Source: the human T2T-CHM13v2.0 reference genome, Homo sapiens | Reading direction: 5' to 3' (one strand) | Length of the DNA stretch: 64,000 bases | Assembly: GCF_009914755.1 (NCBI RefSeq) | Contig: NC_060935.1 | Notes under the pieces: model-generated | Database searches by the model: none | The model's input: only the letters and a program-made list of their open reading frames with translations | What the model was told of the DNA's origin: nothing | Shown here: piece after piece, positions 42,560-56,062 of the stretch | How positions within the stretch are numbered: position 1 is the stretch's first letter | Layout: each line of letters starts with the position of its first letter | Position numbers and translations under genes: made by a program

Positions 42560-44230
42560 GCAGCAGCCTCCTAACTCATCACTCACCACCACCAATCTAT
42601 TATCCATTCCACAGCCAGATGAACCTTCTAAACCAAATCAAAGCAGCTCCCTTCCCTGCTTCCAGCCCTTTAGAGGCTCTCTGTTGTTCTTTGGATAAGG
42701 TTGAAGACCTTTCCCTTGAGTCATGCTGTCCTTTGTAATAAGGCCTCTGCCTCCTTCAGCAGCCCGATGGCTTGCCATTCTCCAGCCGTGCTGGTTGTCT
42801 CAGCTCTCCGGAATAAAGAATCTTTCTCTCCTGCCTCAGGGCCACCTTGAGCAGTCTTCCCCGTGCTCTTCTCCTGGATAACTGCTCCTCATCCTTCAAG
42901 ATCTTTGAGTAAACATCACTTCCATGCAGGACTTCCTGTATCCCCTCAAACAGGGGAACACACCTGTGCTATACATTTCCATACCCCTTGCATGTTCATA
43001 AAGCCTACAAAACATGCGGCTCCTCATGGGATAACATCATCTTCATTTGACAATAGAGAACTCTAAGAGGGTCCAAATCTTTCTGTCTTGTTAGAGTTGG
43101 TGTTAAATGGGTGAAGAAATAAAGTACTGGGTTCTTCAGGCGTGCTGTAATCATTTCAAATGGTGCGCTTTAGAACCAGGTGGGAGTTATATTGGGGAAG
43201 GGCTACCAGCCAAAGGAGAGAGGCCTTCCATGAAGAGTGTGAAAAGGTGAGCAAAACCTTCACTGGCCGTGAGGGAGATGCCTGAGTTTTAGATACTGAA
43301 GCTAAAATAGGTAGGAATCAGATATTTCAGAAGGTGAAAAAAACAAGTGTGTCTGACCTTGTCTTCAGAGCATTCCTGGCCTCTGGGATCTATTTGTATG
43401 CAGATGTCATTTCCTATTTATAAATTAGCCTGGAGGGGCTGTGGGTCGGTAGGTGAACTGAAGGACAGTGGTGAGTCTGTAAGGGTGAGAGACTAGAGAG
43501 GAAAGGCTGAAAAAAATGTCCAATATTCAGCATTTTGTACATCCATTTAATAAATAGCTTGTGACAGCTTACTGATGTGCCTGCCACTGTGCTGGATGCT
43601 TTTGGGGACAAGAGGGGCAGGCAATACAGAGATGGAGGATGGAAAGGTCAGGGTGTGTGGGAGCACAGAGGAGAAAGCAACAATTTGCTCAGGCCAGGTG
43701 GGAGAAGGCATCACTGAAAGGGCAAATTTGAAGTGGGCTGTAAAACAATAAATTAGAATTTCCAGTGGAAAGGAAGAAAAAGGGCATTCTAGAAAAGTGA
43801 AGAATGGGAGCTTGAAAAATGTCAGTGTTTGGGCAGTAGCGAGGAGTTAATGTGGATCAGGAACCCAGACTGGAAAGCAGTGATGATAATGATCGCCGAC
43901 ATTTAGCAGACACTTCTTATGTGCCAGACACTGCTTAAGTGCATTGCCCATATAATCTCAGCTTACAAGTGGCAGAGCCAGGATTTTGAGCCAAGGCAGT
44001 CTGACTCCAGAGCTCATGCTTGCAAGCACGGGGCTATTCCACATTGTCATGGAGACTGCATGCCAGGCTGAGCTCCTGGGAGGGGTGAGGGTTTGGGAAA
44101 GATTTTAGCATTTGGAAAATGACGCGTTCAGACTGTGCTTTGGAAAGACCATTCTGAGACCTGTGTGAATACAGGCTGTGCAAGCTGTCATGAGAGGCAG
44201 AAAACACGGGATACTGCCCCACCAACGGGA
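42560..44230. mobile_element. L2 (+, ~42560-43120), L2 (-, ~43530-44230) with nested MIR (~43890-44030)
   Basis: CAGCAGCCTCCTAACT...TCCTCATCCTTCAAG; TACTGATGTGCCTGCCACTGTGCTGGATGCT; GGCAGAGCCAGGATTTTGAGCCAAGGCAGTCTGACTCCAGAGC. Confidence 0.6.
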
Positions 44231-44451
44231 AGCGTAGAATCTCCTTAACAAGCAGACCTCACAAGTGAGCCAATTAAATGCTAGGGTTCTTACCACAGAT
44301 GAAGAACAAACTCTAAAAGAGCTTAGAGACCAGAGAGAAAGCTAAGCTGGGCAAATGAACACAGCCATTTTAACTTCAGGGAAGGTAGAGTTGAGTCCAA
44401 ATCAAGATGTCCTTGCCTCTTTGCAGTGGAATGGCCCTAATTTTGTCCCCA

Positions 44452-44915
44452 AATATACTGGTTCGAATTGTATCCCCCAGAATTTCTTGCCCCTGAACCT
44501 CAGAGTGTGCCCTTATTTGGAAATAGAATCTTTTGGTAAATTAGTTAAGATGAGGTTACTCTGGAACAGAGTGGGCCCCAAATCCAATGACTGCTTTCCT
44601 TATAAGAAGAGGAAAAGAGAAGCAGAGACAGACACAGAGGACACAGACACACAGGGAAGATGGTCCTGTGAAGGTGGAAGCCGGGTTTGGAGCAATACCT
44701 CTACAAGCTAAGAAAGCCAAAGATTGCTGCCAATCACCAGAAGCCAGCAAGAGGCAAAGAGGAATCCTCCTTTAGAGCCTTCGGAGGGAGCATGGCTCTG
44801 CTGATGCTTTGCTTTTGGATGTCTAGCCTCCAGAAACCTGAGGGGATAAATTTCTATTATTTCAAGTCACCTCATCTGTGGCAATTGGTTATGGCAGCCC
44901 TAGCAAACCAACACA
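44452..44915 (+). mobile_element. MLT1C LTR
   Basis: CCTTATTTGGAAATAG...TTAAGATGAGG...AATCCAATGACTG...GGCAGCCCTAGCAAACCAACACA. Confidence 0.85.
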
Positions 44916-44964
44916 ACAGAGGAGCTGAGAAACCAGAAGTCAAAGTCCTGCTTCACTCTCCTGA

Positions 44965-45260
44965 TTTTTTTTTTTTTGAGACAAAGTCTCACTCTGTTGC
45001 CCAGGCTGGAGTGCAGCGGCACTATTTTGGCTCACTGCAACTTCTGCCTCCTAGGTTCAAGCAATTCTCATGCCTCAGCCTCCCAAGTAGCTAGGATTAC
45101 AGGCACCCACCACCATGCCTGGCTAATTTTTGTATTTTTAGTAGAGACGGGGTTTCACCGTGTTGGCCAGGCTGGTCTCAGACTCCTGACCTCAGGTGAT
45201 CCACTTGCCTCGGCCTCCCAAAGTGTTTGGGATTACGGGTGTGAGCCACCGTGCCTGGCC
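44965..45260 (-). mobile_element. AluS (Sx/Sz)
   Basis: Full antisense Alu. TSD TCACTCTC(C/T)TGA at 44953 and 45261. Confidence 0.95.
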
Positions 45261-45339
45261 TCACTCTCTTGATTTTAAGGACACATAGTCCACAGCCACG
45301 TTGTTAAGGTTAACCAGGATAAAGTCAGGGTGACTGAGG

Positions 45340-45540
45340 GCAAGGGCTCTGGATTTCAAATCCCTCCTCCTCCACCTACTTTCTAGGTAACCTTGAGCAA
45401 ATTACTCAATTGCTATGAGCTTGGATTTCTTACCTGTATGATGCAGTTAGTGGTCGTCCTACCTCACAGGATTGTTTTGGGGATTAAGTGAGTTTATATA
45501 CTTAAATATTTAGAGCAGTGGTTGCTGTTACCCTTATTGT
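45340..45540 (+). mobile_element. MIR
   Basis: GTAACCTTGAGCAAATTACTCAA...CCTACCTCACAGGATTGTTTTGGGGATTAAGTGAG. Confidence 0.7.
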
Positions 45541-46294
45541 TGTTGGTGGTATCATTTGCTTGGATTTGGGATAGGAAATAAGATGTCCTAGATCTTCAGC
45601 ACTAATCCCTGCTGCTTTAATCAGGCATGCCCCTGCCTTTGTGCATCGTTTACCCAACATTCCACATCCATGCTCCCAGAAACATGGCCTTGATGATGCC
45701 TGAGAGCCATCTGTGATTCAGATGGCACAGGGTCCCCAGGGTCAGCACACCAGGTCTGCTGTGAGATTGTTTGCTCCAGAAAAGGTGGTGCAAGTTGCCA
45801 AGCAATGTAGAGGCCACAGCTGTTAGATCCCAGGAATTATACCTCCAAGTCCCACAAGGCCCATTTCTAATGCAACGACTGGGGAAGAACTCCAAAAGCA
45901 TTATTTGTAGTCTTTCTTTTCCAGTCCCAGCCTACCCTACAGGTCACAGGACAGCAACTGCTGAGTACACCAAGTGTGAGTTTCATGCTGGCAGCAAAAA
46001 AAGGTTAGAAGAAATTGGAAGTGTTCTCTGGAGTTCTCACTCTATTAGCCTGCTCTGGTTTCTTAAGACTTTTGGCTTCTCTAAACCCAGGCTTTCTTAG
46101 GTCTGGGTGGACAGTCATTCCTTTTACTCTTTAGGGTTCTGACTTATAGAAAATAAACACAAAGAACTGAGTTAAGCAGGGGTCCACAGGGCACTTTTAT
46201 TTACCAAAGTAAGGGCTCTCCAGAAAACTTTGTAGGCTTGAGACCAAATAGAGCTTTCTGTATCTTCTCCCACCTCAAAATCAGACTTACCCAT

Positions 46295-46828
46295 TGTGGT
46301 AGATAAAGATGGCTTCATATCCTTTGACTCTTCTCCCATTGCAAGTAGAATCTATGTCTCGCACTTTTGAATCAGTGTGGGATCTTTGGCTGCTTTGATC
46401 AATAGTATATGGGCAGAAGTAACATTGTGCTAGTTTCCTAGTGACTTCTTTTTTCTGTTCTTTTGGAATACTCACTACTAGAACCTGGAGGGGCAGGTGA
46501 GAAGTCCAGCTTTCCTGGGAAACCACACAGTAGCCCTGAGACTCCATGGAGAGGAAGAGGCACCCAGCCGAGCCCAGCCTTCCAGCCATCCCCACCATGG
46601 TGCCAGACATATGAGTGAAGCTGTCTGAACCACCCCCGCCACAACCTGACCCAGCCACTAGCCAAACACCATGAAGTAACACCAGTCAGCGTCATGTGGT
46701 GCAGAAGAATTGCTCAGTTGAGTTCATCTCAGATTCTTGACCTGAAAAATTGTAATATATTATGAAATAACTGTTCTTGTAAGCCACTAAGCTTTGGCAT
46801 AGTTTGTTACTCATGGGTAATTGGAACA
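46295..46828 (+). mobile_element. MLT1G/H LTR
   Basis: TGTGGTAG...GGCAGAAGTAAC...GCCCAGCCTTCCAGCCATCCCCACC...TAAGCCACTAAG...GGAACA. Confidence 0.75.
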
Positions 46829-48072
46829 CTCACCCAGTCTCAGATAAAGAAACTGGAACCCAGAGTAGAGATTGGGCTTGGCATCATAGGCAGGCATTCT
46901 CTGATTCTGCTTAACAAAATGAGCCTGGGAACCCAAGGAGAGCCCAGGCCTCCAAAGCCCAGGGGCCCGTAAGAGTGAGAGGTGAGTGATGGACCCGTAA
47001 CTTGTTACAGTGCATGGGCCTGCCCGCTGTAAATGGGCCCAGTGGGTGTCAGCCTTTCACCAGTTTTGCTAATCAGATAAATCTGATTTTCTCTGGGAAA
47101 AAGCAAGTAAAAAGGCAAAAAGAAAGATCAAGTATCCCTTCCTGGGACTTCTTGAGTGGCTTGAAGTGTTTGTAGATGTTTCTTCTTCTGTGAAAACCTG
47201 AGAGCAGAGGAGTAAATATCATATGCTCAATGAACAAAACAAAACCAAACCCGGAAACAGGTTATTTGGTTTGACTTTGCAAGGAAAGGACATACTTAGA
47301 ATTGGTAAGGTAGAATTTGGCAAAATACTGGATTTTCTCTTCCCAATTTGTCTTTAGTCTGAAGCAGGCCATGTCCCATTATATGCTCTTGGCATTTTTA
47401 TTTCCCCTGTTGGAGCCCTTATCACAATTGTAATTAATTGGTCATAGGATTGTCTGTGCTTTTCTACCCTGAAAGCCATGACAGTGAAGACTTTGTTCTC
47501 TTTTGAATCCCTGGGGCCTAGGTCGTAATAGATGCCCAGTAAGTATTTACCGAGTGGACACCTGAATCAATTAGGTGTGCCTGACATTCAGGTTATGGAG
47601 CCCTGATCTCACCCACTCTTAAAGTCTCATTCTGTGAACCAACACCTCAGCTCTCCTGGTCTTCAGCTTTATGGGGAGGACTTTCAGCAGGGGCTTCACA
47701 TCCCTGGTCTAGCTCTGTAACCCACCTGAACTCCTAGCCTTACCATGTGACCCAGTTGTAGGGTAATTACTCTCTCTTTAGTTTGCAGTTAGTTGAACTG
47801 TGTCAGCATGAGTTGTAGACAATGCTAAGACCACCTTCCATTCTAGACCTGCTGTGTGACCCTAAGCAAGTCACCTAACAGATTGAACCCCAGCCTTTTA
47901 TAAGTAAACGCAATCTCATCTCTGCTGGCCTCACATGGTAGTTGTGGGAATCCAATCTGAAAATGAGGTCACGTCATTTCATAAAGCTCTTCTTCAACCA
48001 TTAACAATGGAGGTACATTCACAGGATTGAAATAAGACTTCAACCAGCTTTTTTGCCATGGCTCAGAAATTT

Positions 48073-48622
48073 AAAAAAAACAGGTTTATTGAGATATAAT
48101 TAACAGATCATATAGTTCACCATTTTAAAGTGTACAGCCCAGTGGTTTTTAGTATATTCACGGAGTTGTGCAGACATCACCATAATCAAATTTCAAACAT
48201 TTTCATTGTCTTCAAAAGAAACCTCATATCTGTTAGTAGTTACATCCCATTTCTCCTTCAACCTTCCCAGCCTGAGGCAAACACTAGTCTACTTTCTGTC
48301 TCTAGGTTTCATATAAATGGAATTATTCAATATGTGGCCTTTTGGGTCTGGTTTCTTTCAGTTAGCAGAATGTTTTCAAAGTTCATCCATGCTGTGGTGT
48401 GGATTCCTTCATTCCTTTTATTTCCAAATTATATTGCATTGTATGGATATACCACATCTTGTTTATTCATTTTTTGGTTGATGGACATTCGACTTGTTTC
48501 CACTTTTTGGCTATTATGATTAATGCTGCTATAAACATTCATCTACAAGTTTTTGTGTGGACGTACGTTTTCGTTTCCCTTGAGTGGAATTGCTGGGTCA
48601 TATGGTAACTCCATGTTTAACA
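48073..48622 (-). mobile_element. L1MB 3' fragment with 17-bp TSD
   Basis: TTTATTGAGATATAATT...TTTAAAGTGTACAG.... Flanks CCATGGCTCAG(A/G)AATTT at 48056-48072 and 48623-48639. Confidence 0.85.
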
Positions 48623-48689
48623 CCATGGCTCAGGAATTTGCTGGCTGGAGAATAGAAAAGTGAGGCTCTTCTGGATGGCAAGGAGAATT

Positions 48690-48716
48690 TGTGTCTGTGT
48701 GTGTGTGTGTGTGTGT
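48690..48716. repeat. (TG)n microsatellite
   Basis: TG run with one interruption. Confidence 0.9.
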
Positions 48717-50908
48717 TGTACACAGATGTGTGCAGGAGCAGCGCTGCTGGGGTAGGAGCAGCAACTTTTGACTATCATATTCAAAGTAATTCTTGGCCAA
48801 ATTCCTGGTAACTCTGAAATTTCTGCCCACCTACTCCTTTGTCTGAATGTTGCCCCTATTGGGTGGTCGTCCTCAGACAGCTCTTCAGTCAATTAGAAGA
48901 CTTTGGCAAAAATCGACAAAAGCATTCTGGAAGAATCAATTAGTTATATGAAATGTACAATAGAGAGTATTATAAATGTTATTATTAGTTGTCACTTGTG
49001 TTTTACACCTTTTATATCTACAACATTTATAATAAATGAATGGACATATACACGTATACACATTTTTTCCCCCAAAGAGTTGTTGTGGACATGTGCCTGC
49101 ACACACTGGGTCTGCAGTGTCAGAGGAGCAGTGCCACCGGGTCGTCTGTCAGTGTTCTGAGCAACTGGACTAGGAGCTCTGGTGGAGGTGGGAGCAGAGA
49201 AGGAAGGTGAGTGTTTAAATTTACCAGGACAACGCTGGGTAACTGACAAAATATTAACTGTCATCCTTCCATACCCTTGTCCTTCCCCTCTGTAGCAATC
49301 CTTCCAGGGCCTCTGAGAAGGGCCTGTTCCTCACTTAGGACACCTCCTTTTAGGACTAGCTTCTTCTGGCCTCACATTTCCCCAATCACTCTGAATCGCC
49401 CCCACTTCATGTTAAGGGGTCCCATTTAAGTCAACTCCTGTGTCCACCCAGGTCTGAGTTCCAAGACGGGATGTTTGTGCTAGTCTTTTTCACTGTTGTC
49501 TCCCTGTTGCACAACGTACTCTGCTCGTACCCTGTCCTGATTTCCTATCCTGGAGTCCTATACCCTGTGTCCAGCAAGGTATCCATGACAAACACACATC
49601 AGGATGGCCCCGGTGTGCTTCCCTTTTGGTAAGAATGGCCCTTGGCAGGAGAATAATCTCTGGACAGACATCAGAAAGATATTCTTGTGTTTCCATGCTT
49701 TGGTTGCACGTGCTTTCCTTGCATTGCCTTTTATTGCCAGTGCAGATGCGAAGAGCCTGCTGGCATCACTGGGAGTCAGCTGCCATCTCTGCAGTAGGTG
49801 CCTCCTGAGTGGCGGAATGTTAGTTCCCAGTTGATGACAGTCTCTGATAATACTTTTAGCGTTTTTCTTCTGAGTCATTTCCCTAGGGCTGACTCAATAC
49901 TGCAAGTTTTGGTGTCTTATTGTTTTTTTTTAAAGGGATGCTTCAGACCTCAGCTCACCTATTAACTTTTCCTTTAAACCAGTCTGCTCTTGGAAGGACT
50001 CTGGTACAATGATATTCCTGCCTGTCCTAGCAGGACCTCAGGCCCTTGGGTGGGATCTCTGTTGCTCTTTCCCTGCCTCCTGCTTCCCAAGGCTCCGGTC
50101 ATTCGGCCACCTACCAAACTCAGAAAAGAGCTTTATGGCACTAGACTGGGAGACGCCAGGGGACCAGAGTGTTGGGGAAAGTGAGGATGGGGGAAGAAAG
50201 CCACAAGTTTTCTGTCTGGTCCCAGGCTTGACAGTGAATGCTCGTTCCACCTCTAGATTCCCATCGCTTTTATAGCATTGCGTGAGATCATCACACTCCT
50301 GGAAGAATAAAGCCTCTGCCTCTTACGCCTGCCACCTGAGACTGATTGCTTTGTGTTCACGGTCCTCAGTCCATAGGTGGGCCTGAGTGCTGAAATGCCA
50401 AATCTGCAGAGAAAAAAGCTTCACAAGTGACAGTTTTGAGAGAGAAAACCCTTTTACTAAGTGTATAAAGGTTTTTGCAGAACGAATACAATTCACCTAA
50501 TGATTAATACCATAAAAAATCGGCATATTGATCCCTTTGTCAGTGAAATAAATTGATCAGGTGCTCACATCACGCCAGTGGGTCAATTTTACTGCATCCG
50601 ATGAGCTGACAGCATTCTTCATTGGATAGTGTGTTAACACCTTAATTGATATATTTCATAATTTTATTGTGGCTTATAGTCACAGGATTGCTTCTGGGGA
50701 TAATAATTTATTTTTTTATTGGCAAGAGGTTCAGAGCAGAATTTGTGTGGTATTTCTCAAAAGTGGTTAAAACTGAGACATGTGTAACAACTGGAAAACT
50801 CCTCTGGTCTTTGGATCCAAACGAGACAGTTCCTGATCAGTGGTGTTCACGTGGGAATGAGCATCTGCATCCACAAGTTTGGAAAGGCCCAGTAAATACC
50901 AGGTGGTC

Positions 50909-51203
50909 CTGTAATCTCAGCATTTTGGGAGGCTGAGACAGGAGGATTACCTGAGGCCAGGAGTTCAATACCAACCTGGGCAACAAAGACAGACCTCATC
51001 TCTTAAAAAAAAATTAAAAAAAATTATCTGGGTGTAGTGACCTGAGCCTGTGGTCCTAGCTACTCAGGAGGCTGAGCCTGGAGGATCACTTAAGTCCAGG
51101 AGATAGAGGCTGCAGTGAGCTACAATTGTGCCACTGCACTCCAGCCTGGGTGACAGAGCAAGACCCTGTCTCAAAAAGAAAAAACAAACAAACAAACAAA
51201 AAA
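50909..51203 (+). mobile_element. 5'-truncated AluJ with (AAAC)n tail
   Basis: GGAGGATTACCTGAGGCCAGGAG and GAGGCTGCAGTGAGCTA. Confidence 0.9.
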
Positions 51204-51645
51204 CCTACTAGGTGCTCATAAATTATAACTCTGATTGGTTTATTGTAGTTGAATTGCACTGACTTAGACTCTGTTCCAGTTTCCTAGGCATCAGGACCTA
51301 CTCAGTGTTGTACCAGCCACTGAATCACTGCTTTCTCTGCCTAATTTGCTTTCCTGGTGTCATTGGGGAGACGTGGAGCTTTCTAGGATGCTGGAAACTA
51401 GGGCAGACCCACTTCCCCTGGAGGCTGGTTTCTAAATGCTGCTGACAGCCCTCACCATGCCCTAATAGGGAAATATAAGGCTAGCTTCCCTCAACCACTC
51501 CCTACCTCTCCATGCCTCTGCCATTCAAACCTTGCCCAAATATTTGCAGGCACACACAAATCCTGAGCAAATAATTGCCCACAGAGTTAAATTGTTTGTA
51601 GTATTTAGTATTCTGTGCTGCTAGTGTCTCTCACACACTCTATGA

Positions 51646-51943
51646 TTTTTTTTTTTTTTTTCAGATAGAGTCTCGCTCTGTTGCCCAGGCTGGAGTGCAG
51701 TGGTGCGATCTCTGCTCACTGCAGCCTTTGCCTCCTGGGTTCAAGCAATTCTCTGCCTCAGCCTCCTGTGTAACTGAGATTATATGTGCTGACCAACATG
51801 CTCAGCTAAATTTTTTTGTATTTTTAGTAGAGTGGGGCTTTCACCATCTTGGCCAGGCTAGTCTTGAACTCCTGACCTCGTGATCCACACACCTCAGCCT
51901 CCCAAAGTGTTGGGATTACAGGCATGGGCCATCGTGCCAGGCC
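51646..51943 (-). mobile_element. AluS (Sg-like)
   Basis: Full antisense Alu, TSD CACTCTATGATTTT on both sides. Confidence 0.93.
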
Positions 51944-52491
51944 TCACTCTATGATTTTTAAAGGCAACTGGCAGCAAGCACATTTTGGAGGGTGTCCACA
52001 GCACAGAGGCAGAGTGAGCGTGTGCAGAACTTCTGGTCCCTTCCAGCCCTTTCCCCAAGCCCCTCACTAAGCACCTGATGTGATTATTCTGTGCTAAAAA
52101 TAGGAGTGTTATCACAGCTCTTCGGCAGGTGGGAAGCTTTGTGGAAAGAGATTTGCCTTTATGTTTTCCGGCTCCCTTTCCAAGTCCTTGAGTGCCAGAT
52201 GGACGAATGCAGCTTGATTATCATGTGTGTACAGGGTGTGCTGGGAGATGAGCAGGAGCAGCTCACCACTCATGTGCATGGTCAGAGGCAAGGCCAGGGT
52301 GGAACGACTTTCCCAGTTCTCTCCGCAGCCATGCTCATTTCAAACCATGGCATTAAAACCAGTCACTTGTAAATGTGTAAAAAAAATTATCTTGGAAAAA
52401 TGCTGAAGTTTGCTCTTTTACTACCACACTTGGGATAATATTTGATAAAGGGGTGATTAGGGAATATTAAATCTAAATGTGAGGAGAATAA

Positions 52492-52659
<168 letters not shown>

Positions 52660-53319
52660 TAAAAATATTTATTCAGTTCCTACCAAAGCAAGAAAGGTTT
52701 CCACACATTTGGTGACACTAAGAGTTTATAGTCTAGTTCGAGGGTCAAGATATAAACATAGAAATTTTGATAATATAATAAATAGTTTCCAATAGCACCT
52801 TTTTAGCATATTTAGGGTTTTCTCTTATTTCTTCTGGAATACCTCTCTTAGGAAAGTAGGCAGAGCGGTTAAGCAATGTATCCGACTAACCAAGTAGCCC
52901 CCAGCCCAGGAGGAATAGATAGGCAGGGGTGAGGTAGGATGAAGAAGGGAAGGACAGGTGGCAGGATTCTCCAGGAAGCCAACAAGGGGACTCCACAAAG
53001 CAACTCTACCCCTGTACTTGATTACATAAAGGCAGCGAAAGAGGTCTGCATTGGGAAGACACGGAAGTGAGCGTTGTTACTGGTGACCTTTTGCCCCAAC
53101 ATCTTGTAATTTCTCCTAATAGCACCATTGGATGTGTCTGTCAGAGCCAGGCCCTGAGGGCTCACCCTGTGTGACCCAGAGTAGGCTAGGTGGCTCCTCT
53201 CCATCAAGTGAGTGAACACTAGATTAGCTTGTTTCTCACCCACATAACAGTCCAAGGTCTCTCCTCCATGTAGTCATTCAGGGACCTAGATTGATGGCTG
53301 ACTGTCTTCCAAGGGTGGG

Positions 53320-54255
53320 TGCCTTAGCCTGGCTTTTCCCATTAGAAAGCAGAGTCAAGGGCTTGGTGCAGGGGCTTTAATTAGAGGACTTAATTTTGGG
53401 ATTCAAGGGACTATGAGAAGGTTGCTGGAAAAATGGAAGCAGGGGTTAAAGTGAAGCCATCACAAGCATGGGCTACCAAGCTGGACCTCATTGTGAGAAA
53501 CAGAGGAATCACCTCACTGGGAATTCTGAGGACTTGTGTATGAGTTTGCTAGTGCTGCTATAACAAAGTACCACAAAGCTGGGTGGCTGAAATAACAGAA
53601 ATGTATTGTCTCACAGTTCTAAAAATCCCAGATCAAGGTGTTGGCAAGGTTGATTCATTCTGAGGGCTGTTAGGGAGAATCTCTTCTATGCTACTCGCCT
53701 AGCTTCTGGAGGTTTGTTGACCCTCTTTGATGTTCCCTGGCTTGTAGGCACATCACTCTGATTGCTGCCTTCATCTTGACATGATGTTCTCCCTATCTGC
53801 AAGTCTATCTTCAAATTTTCCCTTTCTAAAATGACACCAGTCATATTGGAATAGGGCCCACCTTGAACTTGATCATCTGCAAAGATCCTATTTCCAGGTA
53901 AGGTCACGTTCACAGGTACTGGGAGTTAGGGCTTCAGCATCTGTTTTGGGAACACGATTCAATGCATAATGAGCTGTATAAATGGACCTCAGAACTGTCT
54001 GCCTAAGGTACCTAAAAGAAAAGCATTGGCTCCTGCTGTCCATTGTCAGTGCACCAAGGGATATTGCTCTTCCAGACTGCACCCGTGTGAATAGCCAGTG
54101 GCTCCTGCTGGCATCCCAAGTGGCTGCAGAGAATCTCCAGGACAGAGAGTGAGAGACATGTGGAGCAGCTTTCAGGGTGCACCCATGGAAGAGCTGCTGG
54201 GGTAAAAGTTAAGCCTAGAGGATGTGAGGTGAGGCCAGGAGGTATCTGATATGCG
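53320..54255 (-). mobile_element. LTR16-like (ERVL) LTR split by MLT1C
   Basis: TGCCTTAG...AAGCAGAG..AAGGGCTTGGTGCAGG, resuming after 53971 with CCTCAGAACTGTCTGCC...GGATGTGAGGTGAGG. Confidence 0.5.
53537..53971 (-). mobile_element. MLT1C LTR
   Basis: TGTATGAGTTTGCTAGTGCTGCTATAACAAAGTACCACAAA...GACACCAGTCATATTGGA. Confidence 0.85.
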
Positions 54256-55799
54256 GGAGTGTGGGAGATGCTCCTTCATCCCCTACTCACACCACCACAA
54301 GACTCCTGTTCGTCTGCTTCCCCTGTTGGACTAGGACCTCCAAGAAGGCTGGTCTTTTTCACAGCTGTACCCCTGTTGCACAGCAGAGTATCTGGTACAT
54401 TAAGGCATTTAATTCACACCAAAAGAATAAAGGGTCATACTTTTAGTCCCAGTATCTCCATCACGATTGAAACTTTGGGGAACTTGATATAGCCACAGGA
54501 AGCTGCTTCAGTGAATTGGGGGAATAAGATTCCCTCCCCTGTCCCTCTTCCATGCATAGGTAAACTGTTGGGAAGGTCACAAACTGTGACCCGCCTCCTC
54601 CTCTCCTCATCCCAGTGCCTCCCCCTTCTAACTCCTGAAGAATGGAGGTACGGCAGGGCATTTAGTTTTTTAAAATTTTTGATATATCCCAACTGTCTTT
54701 TTGGTGAAACCGCCTTGTAATACATCTTTGAGGTATTTTAATAACCAAATCCCTTTGACAAGGACCCAGGATGGAGCCTCAGGAGAATAAATAGCTCTCT
54801 AACAAAGTTCCTGTATATTACCATTATCATTGTCTTCTTTATTTCAACATGGCTTGCAGAGAGAGAAGAGAGGTCAACTGTAAAATGCTCATTTAAAAGT
54901 AATTTCTAAGCATCTGCCTGTGCTGAGCACTGCATTAGGTATTAAGTGGACAGAGCATGTTCAATTCAGATCCTAACAAGCTCGTGCTGAAGCACTTACC
55001 CACTTGGTGCTCACTGGGAGGATGGGGACACCGTGACCCAACTCTAGGAGTTACTTGGTAAGGAAAAGCAGAAAAAGAAATCTGTTTTATTCTGATCTAA
55101 AAGCATTCGGCAGGCTTCTCGCACCTGCATCATAGATTTTGGGGCATTTGCCCTGGGGGATTGGTCCTGAATTTCCTGTGGGTAGAGCTTACACATCCAT
55201 TCCCCCTCCCTACATGCACATCTCTGGAGCCTCTCTTACCTCTGGTGGTCTCAGGGATAATCTATGTAGCCTGGGGCTGTACAGCCTGCCCCAGGGCTTT
55301 GTGAAGACCTGGCTGGCTATGAATCAGCCCTTCCCCTCCTTATTCTTTTATAATCAGAAGATATTTACATAAAGCATCCCAAGAGGGTTGCAATGGGGAA
55401 AGTAAGGTTCTGCACCCTCTACGCCTTCCATCTCTCAAGTGGTAGATAATTTGCAGCCTAGCCTCTCCTAGCCTAGAGGTGTCGATGGGGAAGATGACCA
55501 TGTATTTACTCTGCCCCCTGTGAGGGGTCAGGGGGCAAGGATCACCATAATGTGAGGAGACAGGTTATCTGTGAATCTGCAAGGAGGGAGTTGGAAGGGT
55601 GTGGCAGCAAATGTAATGTTGCTAGACAACAGCCCCTCTCTGACCCTCTTCCCCACCATGATGAAAAGCATCTGAGGAGAAGTGAAGGGACGGCATCCTA
55701 TTTTAGGAGAATCATTCTTTAGGGCCAGTTCTTTCCCGTGCTAAATACAAAGAAAGAACCAGAAGCCCCATCAGAGGTTTTGCAGAGGGCAGATTGTAG

Positions 55800-56025
55800 C
55801 AGCTCCATTCTTGGGCTTTGGAGACTGAATCCCAGCTTTGCTTCTACTTTCTGAAAGGCCTTGGTGAAGTGACTGAAATTTGCCAAGCCTCAGTCCCCTC
55901 CTCTGTAAACTGGGCATAATAGTAGAACCCACCTCAGAAGGTGATTTTGAGAATTACACAAGAAAGCCAAGGTAAAGCTGCTTATCACAGGACCTGGGAA
56001 CAAAATTCAATTTTGACACATCAGC
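55800..56025 (+). mobile_element. MIR
   Basis: GCCTCAGTCCCCTCCTCTGTAAACTGGGCATAATAGTAG. Confidence 0.7.
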
Positions 56026-56062
<37 letters not shown>

